The notes under the pieces are model-generated. The model was not told where the DNA came from, made no database searches, and was given only the letters and a program-made list of their open reading frames with translations. A DNA stretch of 64,000 bases from Methyloceanibacter sp. (GTDB lineage Bacteria; Pseudomonadota; Alphaproteobacteria; Rhizobiales; Methyloligellaceae), in assembly GCA_029287395.1 (NCBI GenBank), contig JARFRF010000138.1, positions 20,752 to 84,751 of the forward strand, in the 5' to 3' direction. Each line of letters opens with the position of its first letter. Positions within the stretch are counted from its first letter, which is position 1. This document shows, one piece after another, positions 9,789-21,928 of this stretch. Made by a program: the position numbers and the translations under genes.

Positions 9789-12578
9789 ATGGGCGTTCAT
9801 TCACAGACGGCCATGAAGTCGGACACGCCCTCAACAACTGTGGATACACACTTGACCGCGACTAGCGGCAAAACGAAGCCGTTCCGCGCGCCGGAAGGCG
9901 CAACGCCAATGATGGCACAGTATCTCGAGATCAAGGCCGCCAACGCCGACAGCCTGCTGTTTTATCGCATGGGCGATTTCTACGAGATGTTTTTTGAGGA
10001 CGCCTCGGTCGCTTCGCGTGCGCTCGGGATCGCACTCACAAAACGCGGCAAACATCTCGGCGTGGACATCCCCATGTGCGGCGTTCCCGTCCATGCCGCC
10101 GACGATTACCTGCAGAAACTGATTTCTCTCGGCCATCGCGTCGCCGTTTGTGAACAGACCGAGGACCCAGCCGAGGCGAAGAAGCGCGGTTCGAAAGCCG
10201 TCGTTCGACGTGATGTCGTACGGCTCGTTACACCAGGTACGTTGACCGAGGAAACGTTGCTCGATGCACGTGCGCATAACTTCCTCACCGCCCTATTCCG
10301 AGCGCCGCAAACGGACGGCGCCGAGCGGCGCTTCGCAATGGCCTCGATCGATATCTCCACCGGCGAACTGATTACGGCAATGTGCGAGTGCACAAATGTT
10401 GCCGGCGAGCTCGCGCGCATCAGCCCCGGCGAGGTGCTCGTTGGCGAAGACCTCGCGGGCGACGCCGACATCCGCAAGTACATTGACCAATCCGGTGCAG
10501 CAATGACCCCATGTCCGCGCGCTCATTTTGATTCGACGCGTGGCGAGCGCGCCCTCAAGGACCGGCTTGGTGTGGCCACGCTCGATGCGTTTGGCGCATT
10601 TTCCCGCGCTGAGCTCGCGGCGCTTGCTGGGCTCCTCACTTACGTGGAACTCACACAAGTTGGCCGGACGCCGCTCTTGCGCCCACCCCGCAGAGAGACC
10701 GCTGATCAGTTGCTGCTGATCGACGCCGCGACGCGCGCCAATCTTGAGCTGGTCCGCTCGAACCAGGGGACGCGAGCAGGCAGTTTGCTTGCGGCGATTG
10801 ATAGAACGGTCACAGCAGCAGGCGCTCGAGAACTTGCAAGTCGCTTATCAAGTCCGCTCACGGACGGCTCGGCAGTCAACGCCCGCCTGGATGCTGTCGG
10901 GTATCTGGCCGACGAACCGCGTTTGCGACAGGACTTGCGAACTTGCTTAAAAGCTGCGCCCGATCTCGCCCGCGCGCTAAGCCGTATTGCCTTCGAAAGA
11001 GGCGCGCCCCGTGATCTCGGTACGGTCGGTGCTGCAATCAATGTGGCACACGACCTCGCGGCCCGACTGCTCAGTGCTGGCGAAGCGTTGGGATTGCCAA
11101 GAGAGCTGATGGGTATTGCCGAGCGGTTGGCGCAAGCACCGGCGGAGGTCGCTAAATCTATGGAGGCTGCGCTTGCCGACGAACTGCCGGCGAACGGCCG
11201 AGATGGGGGCTTTGTGCGCGAGGGCTACAATGCCGCTCTCGATGAGCTGCGTGCCCTGCGCGATAGCAGCAGGAAAGTCATCGCGGGCCTGCAGGCGACC
11301 TACGCGGGGGCCACGGGGGTCAAGGCACTTAAGGTTCGGCACAACAATGTGCTTGGCTACTTCGTCGAGGTAACAGCGCTCCACGCGCCTACCCTGATGG
11401 GCCCGCCTCATTCAGAGACGTTTATACACCGCCAGACCATGGCAAACGCCACACGCTTCTCGACGACGGAACTCGCCGAGCTTGAGTCGAAAATCACGAC
11501 CGCCGCCGATCGTGCTTTGGCGCTTGAATTGGAAGTCTTCGCTGAGTTGACCGGCGAAGTGTTGGCGGCGGAGAGCGATCTGTCCGCGGCGAGTGCCGCG
11601 CTAGCCGAGCTCGATCACTATGCCGCGCTCGCGGAGGTCTCGGTAGAGCAGCGCTACGTACGCCCTGAAGTCGACGACAGCGCCCTCTTTTCGATTGAGG
11701 AGGGACGCCACCCCATGGTCGAGCAGACCTTGCGGCGCGAGCAGGCCAGCGAATTCATTGGCAACGACTGCAGCTTGTGCGGCGGCGAGGACAACCGAAG
11801 CGGAAGCCCCAGCACGCTTGTCGTCACGGGGCCGAACATGGGAGGCAAGTCAACCTTCTTGCGCCAAAACGCATTGATCGTGGTCTTGGCCCAAATCGGC
11901 TCATTTGTGCCCGCAAAGTCCGCCCATATTGGGCTCGTCGATCGGCTTTTTAGCCGGGTCGGCGCCTCGGATGACCTCGTACGGGGCCGGTCTACCTTCA
12001 TGGTCGAAATGGTGGAGACGGCGGCCATCCTAAATCAGGCGACGCCGCGCTCATTCGTGGTTCTCGATGAGATTGGACGCGGTACAGCCACATTCGACGG
12101 GCTGAGCATTGCCTGGGCTGCGCTTGAATATCTTCATGAGATCAATCGATCGCGTGTCTTGTTCGCAACGCACTACCACGAGCTTACGGCGCTCGCGGAT
12201 CGGCTGCCCCATGCGGCCAATGCAACTGTCGAAGTCAAGGAGTGGCGGGAGGAGGTCGTGTTTTTGTACCGCCTGAAAATGGGCGCCGCGGACCGATCCT
12301 ATGGCATCCACGTGGCCAAGCTCGCAGGGTTGCCAGCGGCCGTGCTGGACCGCGCCGACGCTGTGTTAAGCGAGCTGGAAAGGGCTGATGGGCGCCCAAA
12401 GCCAGCAGATCTCGCGGGCGACCTACCGCTGTTTCAAGCAGCCGGGGCACAAAACCAGGACGCATCGCCGTCTAAGCTCGAACAGGCGTTGCGTGAACTC
12501 AATCCGGATGCGATGACGCCGAAAGAGGCCAGCGATGCACTATATAGGCTTCGGGCGCTGTTAGAGGACGATGCCTAG
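9789..12578 (+). CDS. mutS: DNA mismatch repair protein MutS
   Basis: [51 protein letters not shown]; start may be ATG 9813. Confidence 0.98.
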   Translation: MGVHSQTAMKSDTPSTTVDTHLTATSGKTKPFRAPEGATPMMAQYLEIKAANADSLLFYRMGDFYEMFFEDASVASRALGIALTKRGKHLGVDIPMCGVPVHAADDYLQKLISLGHRVAVCEQTEDPAEAKKRGSKAVVRRDVVRLVTPGTLTEETLLDARAHNFLTALFRAPQTDGAERRFAMASIDISTGELITAMCECTNVAGELARISPGEVLVGEDLAGDADIRKYIDQSGAAMTPCPRAHFDSTRGERALKDRLGVATLDAFGAFSRAELAALAGLLTYVELTQVGRTPLLRPPRRETADQLLLIDAATRANLELVRSNQGTRAGSLLAAIDRTVTAAGARELASRLSSPLTDGSAVNARLDAVGYLADEPRLRQDLRTCLKAAPDLARALSRIAFERGAPRDLGTVGAAINVAHDLAARLLSAGEALGLPRELMGIAERLAQAPAEVAKSMEAALADELPANGRDGGFVREGYNAALDELRALRDSSRKVIAGLQATYAGATGVKALKVRHNNVLGYFVEVTALHAPTLMGPPHSETFIHRQTMANATRFSTTELAELESKITTAADRALALELEVFAELTGEVLAAESDLSAASAALAELDHYAALAEVSVEQRYVRPEVDDSALFSIEEGRHPMVEQTLRREQASEFIGNDCSLCGGEDNRSGSPSTLVVTGPNMGGKSTFLRQNALIVVLAQIGSFVPAKSAHIGLVDRLFSRVGASDDLVRGRSTFMVEMVETAAILNQATPRSFVVLDEIGRGTATFDGLSIAWAALEYLHEINRSRVLFATHYHELTALADRLPHAANATVEVKEWREEVVFLYRLKMGAADRSYGIHVAKLAGLPAAVLDRADAVLSELERADGRPKPADLAGDLPLFQAAGAQNQDASPSKLEQALRELNPDAMTPKEASDALYRLRALLEDDA

Positions 12579-12605
12579 CACCGGGATGTGGTAAGGTTCT
12601 GCCGT

Positions 12606-15386
12606 ATGGATCAAGCAGTTAACAAGAACGCGCCCTATCTGGATTTTGCCTTGTTGCGCGAGCAGGCGGACGATATGGCTCTCGCGCATGCCGGCCAGGA
12701 TACGCAGATGCGTGCGGCTCTCGTCGAATTTCTCAAGCCGCGTGTAGAAGAAGCCCGTGTACTGGCCAAAGCCCAACTTGAGGAAGACGGGGACGGCCGC
12801 GCCTGCGCCGCGGGTCTTTCGGCCTTTCAGGACGAACTGATCAGGCTCGCCTACTATGTCACTACACAGCATGTCTATCGCGCGGAGAATCCCTCGACCG
12901 CAGAACGCATGGCTGTCGTCGCTCAAGGCGGATATGGACGGGGGTTGCTGGCTCCGGGGTCGGACATAGACCTTTTGTTCCTGCTGCCATACAAGCAGAC
13001 CGCTTGGGGCGAGAGCGTCGCCGAGTTCATTCTTTACGTGCTGTGGGACCTCGGCTTTACGGTGGGACATGCGGCGCGCAACATCAGCCAATGTGTGCGA
13101 CTCAGCACCGCCGATATGACGATCCGCACCGCGCTCCTCGACTCACGGCTTCTCCTAGGAGACGAAAAACTTTTCGCCGAGTATCTTCATCGCTTCCGGC
13201 GCGAAGTTCTAGACGTGGATGCGCGCGCGTTTGTGGAAGCAAAGCTCGCGGAGCAACATGCGCGTCACTCGCGTGCCGGCGAGTCACGCTATCTCGTCGA
13301 GCCGAATGTCAAAGAGGGAATGGGAGGTCTACGCGACCTGCATACGCTGCACTGGCTCGCGAAGCACATTTATCCCGATCATGCGGAAGACGAATTCGTC
13401 GAGGCGGGTGTGTTTACGCCCAGCGAGTATGCGAGTTTCCGACGATGCGAGTTTTTCCTTTGGACAGTGCGCTGTCATTTGCACTTTCTCACCGGTCGTG
13501 AAGAAGACCGCCTGAGTTTCGATCTTCAGCGGGCTATGGCAGACCGGCTGGGCTATCGCGATCGCGCTGGCTTGAACGGTGTCGAGCGCTTCATGAAGCA
13601 CTATTTCATGATCGCGTTGGAGGTTGGGCAGCTAACCAGAATTGTTTGCACGGCGCTTGAGTTGAAGCAGCTCAAGTCTGTTCCGTCATTGGGCAAGTTG
13701 CTTTCGCCGTTCGATTGGCGCCGCCGCGCCAAGCTTCGCCGCACTTCGGATTTCCGCATCGATACCGGTCGAATCTCGACCGTGTCGGCTGACGCATTCA
13801 AGGCGGACCCAGTGAACTTCATTCGGCTATTCGTGGTCGTCGATGAGAGCCAGGCTGCATTGTCGCCCCAGGTACTTCGCCAGATCAGGGCAAATTTCCG
13901 CTACATCGACGAGAACTTGCGCAACGACCCGACTGCTAACAAGCTGTTCTTGAAGCTCCTGACATCGGGCCGCGACAAGGAAACGATCTTGCGCAAAATG
14001 ACCGAAGCAGGCGTGCTTGGCCGCTTCATCCCCGAATGGGGACGGGTCGTGTCGATGATGCAGTTCAACATGTATCATCACTTCACCGTCAACGAGCATC
14101 TGGTGCGCACGATTGGGTATCTCGACGCGCTCGAGCGCGGTCAGTTTTCAGCCGAACATCCACTCTCCAGCGAGGTCATCAAGACCATCGACAACCGTCG
14201 CGCACTGTATGTTGCGGCGCTGCTTCACGATGTCGCCAAGGGTCGGGACGAAGATCATTCTGTTGTCGGCGCCCGGATCGCCACGGAGCTGGGTCCACGG
14301 TTTGGACTGACGTCGTCCGAAACGGAGACGGCAGCCTGGTTGATTGAGCAACACCTCACCATGAGTCTTTTTGCGCAAAGCCGCGACCTCAATGACCCCA
14401 AGACCATTAGGGATTTCGCGGCGATCGTTCAAAGCCGGGAGCGCCTAAAGCTGCTCCTAGTTCTGACGGTCTGCGACATCGCCGCCGTTGGACCTGGGAC
14501 GTGGACCGGCTGGAAGGGGCAGTTGTTGCGAACGCTCTATTATGAGGTCGAGCCGCTGCTCGGGGGCGGCCATACCGAACTCACTCGATCCCAAAGGTTG
14601 CAGTGCGCCCAATCAGCCTTGCGAGAAAGACTGGCCGACTGGTCGGACGCAGAGTTCGATCAGTTTGTCGGCCGTCACTACCCCGCTTACTGGATCCGCA
14701 CCGACCTCGATGTAATCGCTGAACATGCAGAACTTATGCGGTCGGCAGAGCAGCAGAAAAGTGTGATCGTCACCCATATCTCGACGGATGCGTTCCGAGG
14801 AGTCACGCAGCTAACGCTTCTCGCGCCGAACCATCCTTGGCTGCTCGCGATGGTCGCGGGCGCCTGTACCGGAGCGGGCGCTAACATTGTGGATGCGCAG
14901 ATTTCGACCACGCGAGATGGCATGGCGCTCGACACAATTCATATTCAGCGCGAGTTCGACCACGCGGAGGATGAGGAACGGCGCGCCCGTAAAATTGCAT
15001 CATCGATCGAGCGCATGCTCCTAGGCGAGGCGGACGTGGTTGATGTGATCAAAGCCAAGGTTCTTAGTACGGCGCGCCTGTCGGCTTTCTCGGTCCAGCC
15101 ACAGGTTATCATCGACAACACGCTGTCCGACGCGCTCACCGTTATCGAGATCAACGCACTCGATCGGCCTGGCTTGCTCTACGAAGTCACGCGGGAGATA
15201 TCCAATCTCAATCTCGATATCGCCTCGGCTCATATCGCCACGTTCGGGGAAAAGGCCGTGGACGTCTTTTACGTGACGGACCTCACAGGCAAGAAGATTG
15301 CGAGTTCGAGCCGCGAGGCCCTCATCAGAGAGCGGTTGACCCGGGTGCTTGTGGAAACGCAAGAGCCTGAGCTTGAGGTTTCTTGA
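12606..15386 (+). CDS. glnD: [Protein-PII] uridylyltransferase/uridylyl-removing enzyme
   Basis: GGYGRG.LAPGSDIDLL, EPNVKEG.GGLRD, QFNMYHHFTV, LLHDVAKG, two C-terminal ACT domains (DRPGLL). Confidence 0.97.
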   Translation: MDQAVNKNAPYLDFALLREQADDMALAHAGQDTQMRAALVEFLKPRVEEARVLAKAQLEEDGDGRACAAGLSAFQDELIRLAYYVTTQHVYRAENPSTAERMAVVAQGGYGRGLLAPGSDIDLLFLLPYKQTAWGESVAEFILYVLWDLGFTVGHAARNISQCVRLSTADMTIRTALLDSRLLLGDEKLFAEYLHRFRREVLDVDARAFVEAKLAEQHARHSRAGESRYLVEPNVKEGMGGLRDLHTLHWLAKHIYPDHAEDEFVEAGVFTPSEYASFRRCEFFLWTVRCHLHFLTGREEDRLSFDLQRAMADRLGYRDRAGLNGVERFMKHYFMIALEVGQLTRIVCTALELKQLKSVPSLGKLLSPFDWRRRAKLRRTSDFRIDTGRISTVSADAFKADPVNFIRLFVVVDESQAALSPQVLRQIRANFRYIDENLRNDPTANKLFLKLLTSGRDKETILRKMTEAGVLGRFIPEWGRVVSMMQFNMYHHFTVNEHLVRTIGYLDALERGQFSAEHPLSSEVIKTIDNRRALYVAALLHDVAKGRDEDHSVVGARIATELGPRFGLTSSETETAAWLIEQHLTMSLFAQSRDLNDPKTIRDFAAIVQSRERLKLLLVLTVCDIAAVGPGTWTGWKGQLLRTLYYEVEPLLGGGHTELTRSQRLQCAQSALRERLADWSDAEFDQFVGRHYPAYWIRTDLDVIAEHAELMRSAEQQKSVIVTHISTDAFRGVTQLTLLAPNHPWLLAMVAGACTGAGANIVDAQISTTRDGMALDTIHIQREFDHAEDEERRARKIASSIERMLLGEADVVDVIKAKVLSTARLSAFSVQPQVIIDNTLSDALTVIEINALDRPGLLYEVTREISNLNLDIASAHIATFGEKAVDVFYVTDLTGKKIASSSREALIRERLTRVLVETQEPELEVS

Positions 15387-15436
15387 CCCGTGGCCCCAGC
15401 CGCAGTTAAGTCGCGTATTCAAATCGGGCATCTTCA

Positions 15437-16996
15437 ATGAAACTCTATCGTGGGTTCGCCACAGTCGGCGGTATGACCGTTATCAGCCGTCTACTGGGCT
15501 TTGTGCGCGACATTCTCATCGCTGCCGTGCTTGGTGCATCGGCCATATCGGATGCGTTCTTCGTCGCGCTACGCGTGCCGAACATGTTCCGGCGTATTTT
15601 TGCGGAGGGTGCGTTCAACGCGGCCTTCATTCCGCTCTATACGAAAAAGCTCCATGAAGCCGGCGAAGAGGCCGCGAAGGAGTACGCGGCGCGTGCCCTC
15701 GCCGGCCTATCAGCCCTCCTGGTGCTGTTGGTTGTCCTTGCAATAATCGCGGCTCCTTGGCTCGTTATGCTGCTCGCGCCTGGATTTGCCGAGGATCCAG
15801 ACAAGTTCAGTTTGACAGTGCTCCTCGTCCGCATAGCGATGCCCTACCTCCTCTTTATGTCGTGGGTTGCTCTGTACACGGGACTCCTCAATACACTCGG
15901 CAAGTTCGCCGCTGCTGCGTTTGCGCCGAGCATTCTCAACTTCGTCTTGATCACCGTGTTGCTTGGCCTGATTGCAACGGGGCATGGTCAGGACTCCGTC
16001 GCCGGTATAGCCATGGCGTGGGGTGTTGCGGTCTCAGGCTTCCTACAGGTCTGCATCGTGGTTTTTGCCGCTTTCCGGGCGGGCCTTCGATTGAGGTTGG
16101 CAAAGCCCGAATGGAGCGACGACATGAAGCGGCTCGTGCATCTGGCGATCCCTGGGGTCATCGCCGGCGGCGTTGGGCAGATCGCGCTTGTCATCGCAAC
16201 GATTGTCGCCAGTCTCGAAGATGGCGTGGTTTCGTGGCTCTACTACGCCGATCGTATTTTTCAGCTTCCACTTGGGCTGATCGGCGTGGCGGTGGGCGTC
16301 GTATTGCTGCCTGACCTCAGCCACAAGCTGAGAAGCGGTGACCGCGAGGCGGCCTCCGACAGCGAAAATCGGGCGTTAGAGTTTTCACTGCTGATGACCG
16401 TGCCGGCCGCCGTCGCGCTGTATCTGTGCGCCGAGCCGATTATGCGCGTGCTGTTCGAGCGCGGTGCTTTCTCCGCCTCAGACGCCCGCGCCTCCGCGAT
16501 GATGCTCGCCATGCTGTCCTTCGGCCTGCCTGCCTATGTGGTGGTCAAGGTCCTTCAGCCGAGCTTCTTCGCCCGTGAGGACACCAAGACGCCCATGCTC
16601 TATTCCGGGCTCGCGCTTGTGGGGAACGCGGTGCTGAGCCCGACGCTGTTCTACGTGGTCGGCCCGCAAGGTATTGCGCTCGCGACTAGCCTTGTGGGCT
16701 GGATCAATGTGGCGTTGCTTGCCTTTGCATTGCGCAGGCGGAAACAGTTCGTGCTGGACCACAAGTTCCGTCGGGCCTTTCGAGGCATCATTATTGCCAG
16801 CATAGCGATGGCGGTGGGACTATGGGCGACGGCGTATGTCCTGGAGCCCTATTTTGCTCCCTCAAATGGGCTTCTCATTCAGGTGGCTTCTCTAGCCGCC
16901 CTGATCGCCGTGGGCGTTCTACTCTACTTTGGTGTCGGCTCTTTCGTGGGCGCCTTGAAGCCCAGGACTTTCGTCAAGGACGTCCTCGGCCGCTGA
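15437..16996 (+). CDS. murJ: Lipid II flippase MurJ (MviN)
   Basis: SRLLGFVRD, PNMFRRIFAEGAF, YYADRIFQLPLG, FFAREDTKTP. Confidence 0.96.
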   Translation: MKLYRGFATVGGMTVISRLLGFVRDILIAAVLGASAISDAFFVALRVPNMFRRIFAEGAFNAAFIPLYTKKLHEAGEEAAKEYAARALAGLSALLVLLVVLAIIAAPWLVMLLAPGFAEDPDKFSLTVLLVRIAMPYLLFMSWVALYTGLLNTLGKFAAAAFAPSILNFVLITVLLGLIATGHGQDSVAGIAMAWGVAVSGFLQVCIVVFAAFRAGLRLRLAKPEWSDDMKRLVHLAIPGVIAGGVGQIALVIATIVASLEDGVVSWLYYADRIFQLPLGLIGVAVGVVLLPDLSHKLRSGDREAASDSENRALEFSLLMTVPAAVALYLCAEPIMRVLFERGAFSASDARASAMMLAMLSFGLPAYVVVKVLQPSFFAREDTKTPMLYSGLALVGNAVLSPTLFYVVGPQGIALATSLVGWINVALLAFALRRRKQFVLDHKFRRAFRGIIIASIAMAVGLWATAYVLEPYFAPSNGLLIQVASLAALIAVGVLLYFGVGSFVGALKPRTFVKDVLGR

Positions 16997-17085
16997 GTTG
17001 TACGAAGGAACAGGGTCTACCCCGGTTGCATCCGAACCATGTTGCAGTGCAATATCAGGCGCTCAGTCACCATGGGGATATCGGA

Positions 17086-17976
17086 ATGGCAGGTCGTCCG
17101 CGCCGCAGCGTGCTCTATATGCCCGGCTCCAATGCCCGGGCCCTGGAAAAAGCCAAGACAATACCGGCCGATGCGCTGATCTTCGATCTCGAGGACGCCG
17201 TCGCGCCAGACGACAAAGTCAGGGCCCGGGAGCGGGCGTGTGCCGCGGCTGCCGAGGGCGGCTACGGTGGCCGCGAAGTGGTGATTCGGGTCAACGCTCT
17301 TGAGACGCCATGGGGTGCCGCCGATATTCTCGCTGCCTGTGAAGCCGGCCCCGACGCCATTCTCATTCCCAAGGTCATTCACTCCGGCGACATCATCTCC
17401 GCTGCCAAGCTACTCCAAAGCGTTCATGCGCCCCCAAAGGTGCGGCTTTGGGCCATGATTGAGACGCCCATGGCAATCCTCAATGCCCGCACTATCGCCG
17501 CCCGCGCAGTCTATGACGACAACCGGCTCGATTGTCTCGTCATGGGGACCAACGACCTGATCAAGGAATCCCGGGCCCGGGGCGTCCATGACCGCTTCGC
17601 GGTCGTGCCGTGGCTTGCGAACACACTCGTGGCCGCCCGCGCGTACAAGCTCGACATTATCGATGGGGTCTACAACGAGTTCCGAGATACTGAGGGCTTC
17701 CGGGACGAGTGCGAGAAGAGCCGGATCCTCGGCATGGACGGAAAAACGCTCATCCATCCGAGCCAGGTGGGCCCATGCAACGAGATCTTCTCGCCCACCG
17801 ACGACGAGGTCGAATGGTCCCGCAAGGTAATCGATGCCTTCGGCCAGCCCGAGAACGAGAAGAAGGGCGTGATCGTCGTCGATGGGCAGATGGTCGAGCG
17901 GCTGCATTTCACCATGGCCCAGCGGCTCGTGGTCATCGCCGACCAGATCCGGGCCTTGGAAGAGTCCATCGGATAA
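17086..17976 (+). CDS. CitE/HpcH-family CoA ester lyase (malyl-CoA thioesterase/lyase-like)
   Basis: RPRRSVLYMPG, DLEDAVAP, MIETP, GTNDL, IDGVYN, GKTLIHPSQ; start at ATG 17086. Confidence 0.88.
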   Translation: MAGRPRRSVLYMPGSNARALEKAKTIPADALIFDLEDAVAPDDKVRARERACAAAAEGGYGGREVVIRVNALETPWGAADILAACEAGPDAILIPKVIHSGDIISAAKLLQSVHAPPKVRLWAMIETPMAILNARTIAARAVYDDNRLDCLVMGTNDLIKESRARGVHDRFAVVPWLANTLVAARAYKLDIIDGVYNEFRDTEGFRDECEKSRILGMDGKTLIHPSQVGPCNEIFSPTDDEVEWSRKVIDAFGQPENEKKGVIVVDGQMVERLHFTMAQRLVVIADQIRALEESIG

Positions 17977-18046
17977 ACAGTCTTTCGCCTGGTCTTGCGC
18001 GCGCGCCTGCCCCACGCCATAACCCCGCGTGGTTTAGGGCGAGAAT

Positions 18047-19093
18047 ATGCAAGACACACCAGGACAGAAGACACGCATTTTTTCCGGCGTGCAGCCGACA
18101 GGCAATCTCCATCTCGGCAACTATCTCGGGGCAATCAAGCGCTTCGTGGAGATGCAGAAGGAGCACGAGTGCCTCTATTGCGTCGTGGACCTGCACGCCA
18201 TCACAGTCTTCCAGGACCCCGATGAATTGACCCACAATACGCGCGAGGTCACCGCGGCCTATATCGCTGCCGGGATCGATCCGAAGCAAAGCACGATCTT
18301 CAACCAGAGCCAGGTCTCAGGCCATGCGGAACTCGCCTGGATCCTAAACTGCGTCGCGCGGATCGGCTGGCTCAACCGGATGACCCAGTTCAAGGAGAAA
18401 GCCGGCAAAGACCGCGAAAAGGCCTCCGCTGGCCTTTACATCTATCCGAACCTGATGGCGGCCGATGTGCTGCTCTATCACGCAACCCACGTGCCGGTCG
18501 GTGAGGACCAAAAACAGCACATCGAACTTGCCCGCGACATTGCTCAGAAGTTCAACAACGATTTCGCCGAGACATGCGCACGGGCCGGATACGCAGATGG
18601 ATTTTTCCCGTTGCCCGAGCCCGTGATCGCGGGGGCCGCAACGCGCGTCATGAGCTTTCGCGATGGCACCAAAAAGATGTCGAAGTCCGATCCATCGGAT
18701 CTGAGCCGCATCAACATGACTGACGATGAGGACACCATCGCAAAGAAAATTAGAAAGGCAAAGACCGATCCGGAGCCGTTACCGAGCAGCGTCGATGGCC
18801 TGAAAGATCGCCCGGAAGCCGACAATCTTGTCGGAATCTTCGCGGCGCTTGCCGGCACCACCAAAGATGCGGTTCTCGCTGACTACGGCAATAGCGAATT
18901 CTCGACGTTCAAAAAGGCGCTTGTGGAATTGGCCACGGACAAACTCACGCCCATCGGCGATGCGATGCGCCGGCTGCTTGCCGATCCCGTCGAGATCGAC
19001 CGGATTCTCGCAGATGGCGCCAGCCGCGCGCACGATGTCGCCGATCCCATCCTGGCCAAGACCAAGGACATCATCGGGTTTATTCGGAGCTAA
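18047..19093 (+). CDS. trpS: Tryptophan--tRNA ligase
   Basis: [30 protein letters not shown]. Confidence 0.98.
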   Translation: MQDTPGQKTRIFSGVQPTGNLHLGNYLGAIKRFVEMQKEHECLYCVVDLHAITVFQDPDELTHNTREVTAAYIAAGIDPKQSTIFNQSQVSGHAELAWILNCVARIGWLNRMTQFKEKAGKDREKASAGLYIYPNLMAADVLLYHATHVPVGEDQKQHIELARDIAQKFNNDFAETCARAGYADGFFPLPEPVIAGAATRVMSFRDGTKKMSKSDPSDLSRINMTDDEDTIAKKIRKAKTDPEPLPSSVDGLKDRPEADNLVGIFAALAGTTKDAVLADYGNSEFSTFKKALVELATDKLTPIGDAMRRLLADPVEIDRILADGASRAHDVADPILAKTKDIIGFIRS

Positions 19094-19746
19094 GCTTCGA
19101 CGCCCGTTCCGATCGGGCAGGCAACGCCGGTGCCGCCGAGCCCACAGTAACCGTTCGGGTTCTTGGCAAGATATTGCTGGTGATAGTCTTCGGCGAAATA
19201 GAAGGGCGGTGCCGGCGCGATCTCCGTGGTTATAGCGCCTCTGCCATTCGCCTTGAGTGCCGCCTCATACATCGCCTTCGAGGTTTCAGCCGCCTTCGCT
19301 TGTTCGTCTGCGAACGCGTAGATCGCCGAGCGGTACTGGGTGCCCACATCGTTGCCCTGGCGCATGCCCTGCGTTGGGTCGTGGCTCTCCCAGAATGTCT
19401 TGAGCAATTCGTCGTAGCTAATCTGCTTCGGGTCGAAGACGACGAGCACAGCCTCCGTATGTCCAGTACGGCCAGTGCAGACTTCCTCATATGTCGGGTT
19501 AGGCGTAGGGCCGCCCGCATACCCAACGGCCGTGACGAGCACGCCCGGCAGTTGCCAGAATTTCCGCTCCGCGCCCCAGAAGCAGCCTAGGCCGAACACG
19601 GCCATTTGTGCGCCTTCCGGATAGGGTCCCTTCAACGGGGCCCCGTTCACGAAATGCGTTTGCGCAGTTGGAATAGGGGCATCGCGGCCAGCCATGGCCT
19701 CGCTGGCGGATGGGATTGTGAGAGACTTTCGCATGAACCCAAACAT
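19090..19746 (-). CDS. msrA: Peptide-methionine (S)-S-oxide reductase MsrA (cytoplasmic)
   Basis: [39 protein letters not shown]. Confidence 0.96.
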   Translation of the reverse strand: MFGFMRKSLTIPSASEAMAGRDAPIPTAQTHFVNGAPLKGPYPEGAQMAVFGLGCFWGAERKFWQLPGVLVTAVGYAGGPTPNPTYEEVCTGRTGHTEAVLVVFDPKQISYDELLKTFWESHDPTQGMRQGNDVGTQYRSAIYAFADEQAKAAETSKAMYEAALKANGRGAITTEIAPAPPFYFAEDYHQQYLAKNPNGYCGLGGTGVACPIGTGVEA

Positions 19747-19814
19747 GGGGTTTTTCCTGCCACATTTCAGCGCGGAGGCTTCGTCAAAGGGGCGTGCGAG
19801 CCATCACATCCGCG

Positions 19815-20132
19815 TTAGTTGATGAAGACTTCGACGTCTTTGCGCTTTTGGCCCAGCCAATAGAGGAAGACGCCGAGAATGCCGAAGACGACCCAGGTCG
19901 GCGCGGCCAGGATCGACAGCAGGATCGGGTCCCACAGCCACTCGCCCACCGTGCCAATGACCCATTGGCGGAATCCCTCGAGCATCTCCGGAAACAGCTG
20001 ACGCCATTGCTCGCCGAGCGGCGTCACGGCCCAGGCCCCTCCGCCACCAAGGCTTTTGGTGGCATCGACGACGACGGCGACCATCGCCAGCAACAGCAGC
20101 CAGATGCCAAGTGTTCGCAAGATAAAGCGCAT
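19815..20132 (-). CDS. Small hypothetical membrane protein
   Basis: Hydrophobic N-terminus, TPLGE.W and LWDP motifs, C-terminal TM helix followed by basic residues. Confidence 0.7.
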   Translation of the reverse strand: MRFILRTLGIWLLLLAMVAVVVDATKSLGGGGAWAVTPLGEQWRQLFPEMLEGFRQWVIGTVGEWLWDPILLSILAAPTWVVFGILGVFLYWLGQKRKDVEVFIN

Positions 20133-20253
20133 GGGCGACAATCGCTCCTAAAGCGTCGAACTTACACCGACTAAATACGCGATCCGTATGGTTGGTTCAA
20201 ATGGACCGGACAAGGCCCCGTGTTTTTTCCATCCGGGCGGGGTCGCAAGCTCG

Positions 20254-20282
20254 CTTGAACCCGAAACGCGCTTCGCTATAGT
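20254..20282 (+). promoter_or_regulatory. Putative sigma70 promoter of tRNA-Ser
   Basis: CTTGAA-N16-CTATAGT 28 nt upstream of the tRNA. Confidence 0.55.
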
Positions 20283-20310
20283 GCGGCGCTTCGCAAAAAA
20301 GCGCAGCCAA

Positions 20311-20400
20311 GGAGAGATGGCCGAGTGGTCGAAGGCGCACGCCTGGAACGCGTGTAGGCGGGCAACCGTCTCGAGGGTTCGAATCCCTCTCTCTCCGCCA
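20311..20400 (+). tRNA. tRNA-Ser (anticodon GGA)
   Basis: GGAGAGA/TCTCTCC acceptor stem, anticodon loop CTGGAAC, long variable arm, GGTTCGAATCC T-arm, encoded CCA. Confidence 0.98.
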
Positions 20401-20436
20401 CGAGCGCCCCTAGGAGCCAGATCGTTCAGAGGCTGA

Positions 20437-21051
20437 ATGGCCAGCACATCTTCCACGGCGCATGGCAAAGACTTGGAAGCGACCGGCTTGGACGCCATCT
20501 TGGAGGAAGCCTGGCGCATCCTCAGCGAGGGGTCGAGCAAGGCGGCGTCCCCCTACCATATCATCAATGTTGCGACCGTCGGCGCCGACAGAACACCGCG
20601 CATCCGGTCGGTGGTCTTGCGTGGCTTCGACAAAGCCACCCGGACACTTCGCTTCCATACCGACACAAGGTCGCGCAAGGCGGCCGAGATTGCTGCGACC
20701 GAGGCTCTTGGCGTTCATGTTTATGCGAAAGACGAAAAGATTCAGCTTCGCATGTCGTGTCGCGCGACAATCCACCATGATGACGAGATAAGCCGTGACG
20801 CGTGGCGCGCCACGAGATTGATGAGCCGGGAATGCTATAGCCAGGCCGAGGCGCCGGGGACCGTCGTTGCCTCGCCCGAAAGCGTCGCATTTGACGAGAG
20901 CGAGAATCTGGAGGGCGCCTACGTCAATTTTGCCGCCGTGCTGGCAAAGATCGAAACGCTCGAGTGGTTATATCTATCGGCAGCGGGGCATCGGCGCGCA
21001 CGCTTCGACTGGCACGACAGCGTTTCATCTCAGGTTTGGCTCGCGCCCTAG
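20437..21051 (+). CDS. Pyridoxamine 5'-phosphate oxidase-family FMN-binding protein
   Basis: ATV....P..RSVVLR, FHTD.RS.K, KIQLR, EWLYL...GHRRARF, WLAP. Confidence 0.85.
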   Translation: MASTSSTAHGKDLEATGLDAILEEAWRILSEGSSKAASPYHIINVATVGADRTPRIRSVVLRGFDKATRTLRFHTDTRSRKAAEIAATEALGVHVYAKDEKIQLRMSCRATIHHDDEISRDAWRATRLMSRECYSQAEAPGTVVASPESVAFDESENLEGAYVNFAAVLAKIETLEWLYLSAAGHRRARFDWHDSVSSQVWLAP

Positions 21052-21293
21052 CGAACCTCTTGTCGCGGCGTCGCGGTGTTGGTGCTCTAGCGCGTGTGCT
21101 GTTTGGTAGTGCCGCGGCAACGCCTTGAGCAATAGCGCACGCTATCCCAATTGCGGGCCCACTTTCGGCGCCACGAGAAGTCCCGGCCGCATGATGGGCA
21201 GACCTTCGTTGGCAGATCTCTCTTTCGTCGCATCTTCGGCATGGCATCACGGCGTGCGATTGGGGAATGGTGCGCAGACTACTGAGCAAGGCA

Positions 21294-21803
21294 TCAATCG
21301 ATTGTGTCGCCGCGCTTGATGCGCTCGGGCGATACATGCTCAATCATGTCTGATTCAATCGTGTAGGCCTGTCCAAAGCCCTTCACGAAGCTGCCGTACT
21401 CCGGCACCAGCCGGAACAACACGAAGTCGTCCAGACTGCGCAGCATATCTATGATAGCACCAAAGCGCGCCTCGAACTCATTCAGTCGTGCCGTCCATTC
21501 GGGATCGTCGCGTGCGATCACTTCCGCAACACAGTGATAGCTCAGCCGCTTGCGTGCGAATATCTGCTGCGCGTCGGCTTCAGGTTCGATCAACAGAATG
21601 CTGACACCCGGCTGCTCCAGCAGATTACGCGTGTGTCGCGAGAGCCTGCTCGTGAAAACGTAGAAGCGTCCCGCCTCGTCGACCACAAAAGGGGCGTAGC
21701 TCGCCTCCGGCTCGCCGGACGGCGCGCGGGTGGCCAGGTGCAGCGTGCGTTGCGCGCCGACGAGCTCCTTCATCTCGGTACGGAGATTGGCAGCATTATC
21801 CAC
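21294..21803 (-). CDS. HutZ/HugZ-like split-barrel heme-binding protein
   Basis: LAT....P.ASYAPF, S.L..HT.NL, IFARKRL, DF.LF.L.P..G.FVKGFGQAY. Confidence 0.8.
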   Translation of the reverse strand: MDNAANLRTEMKELVGAQRTLHLATRAPSGEPEASYAPFVVDEAGRFYVFTSRLSRHTRNLLEQPGVSILLIEPEADAQQIFARKRLSYHCVAEVIARDDPEWTARLNEFEARFGAIIDMLRSLDDFVLFRLVPEYGSFVKGFGQAYTIESDMIEHVSPERIKRGDTID

Positions 21804-21928
21804 GGAACAGGTTCCTTCAGGTTGTTATCAGGGTGCATTCAAGGCGCGTCGCGACATTTCTCACGAAGAGTACGTCGTTCCGAGCCGATTGGCTCAATGC
21901 CGCCTCATGCCCCAGGCGGACATTCGTA

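Noticed and set aside
20380-20400. Integrative element at tRNA-Ser
   Set aside because: No integrase and no convincing duplicated tRNA 3' end; the short TCTCCGCCA match near 45551 lies inside pheT.
20148-20540. 130-aa ORF antisense to tRNA-Ser (likewise 60072-60557 over tRNA-Leu/rnd)
   Set aside because: Shadow ORFs across tRNAs with no protein motifs.
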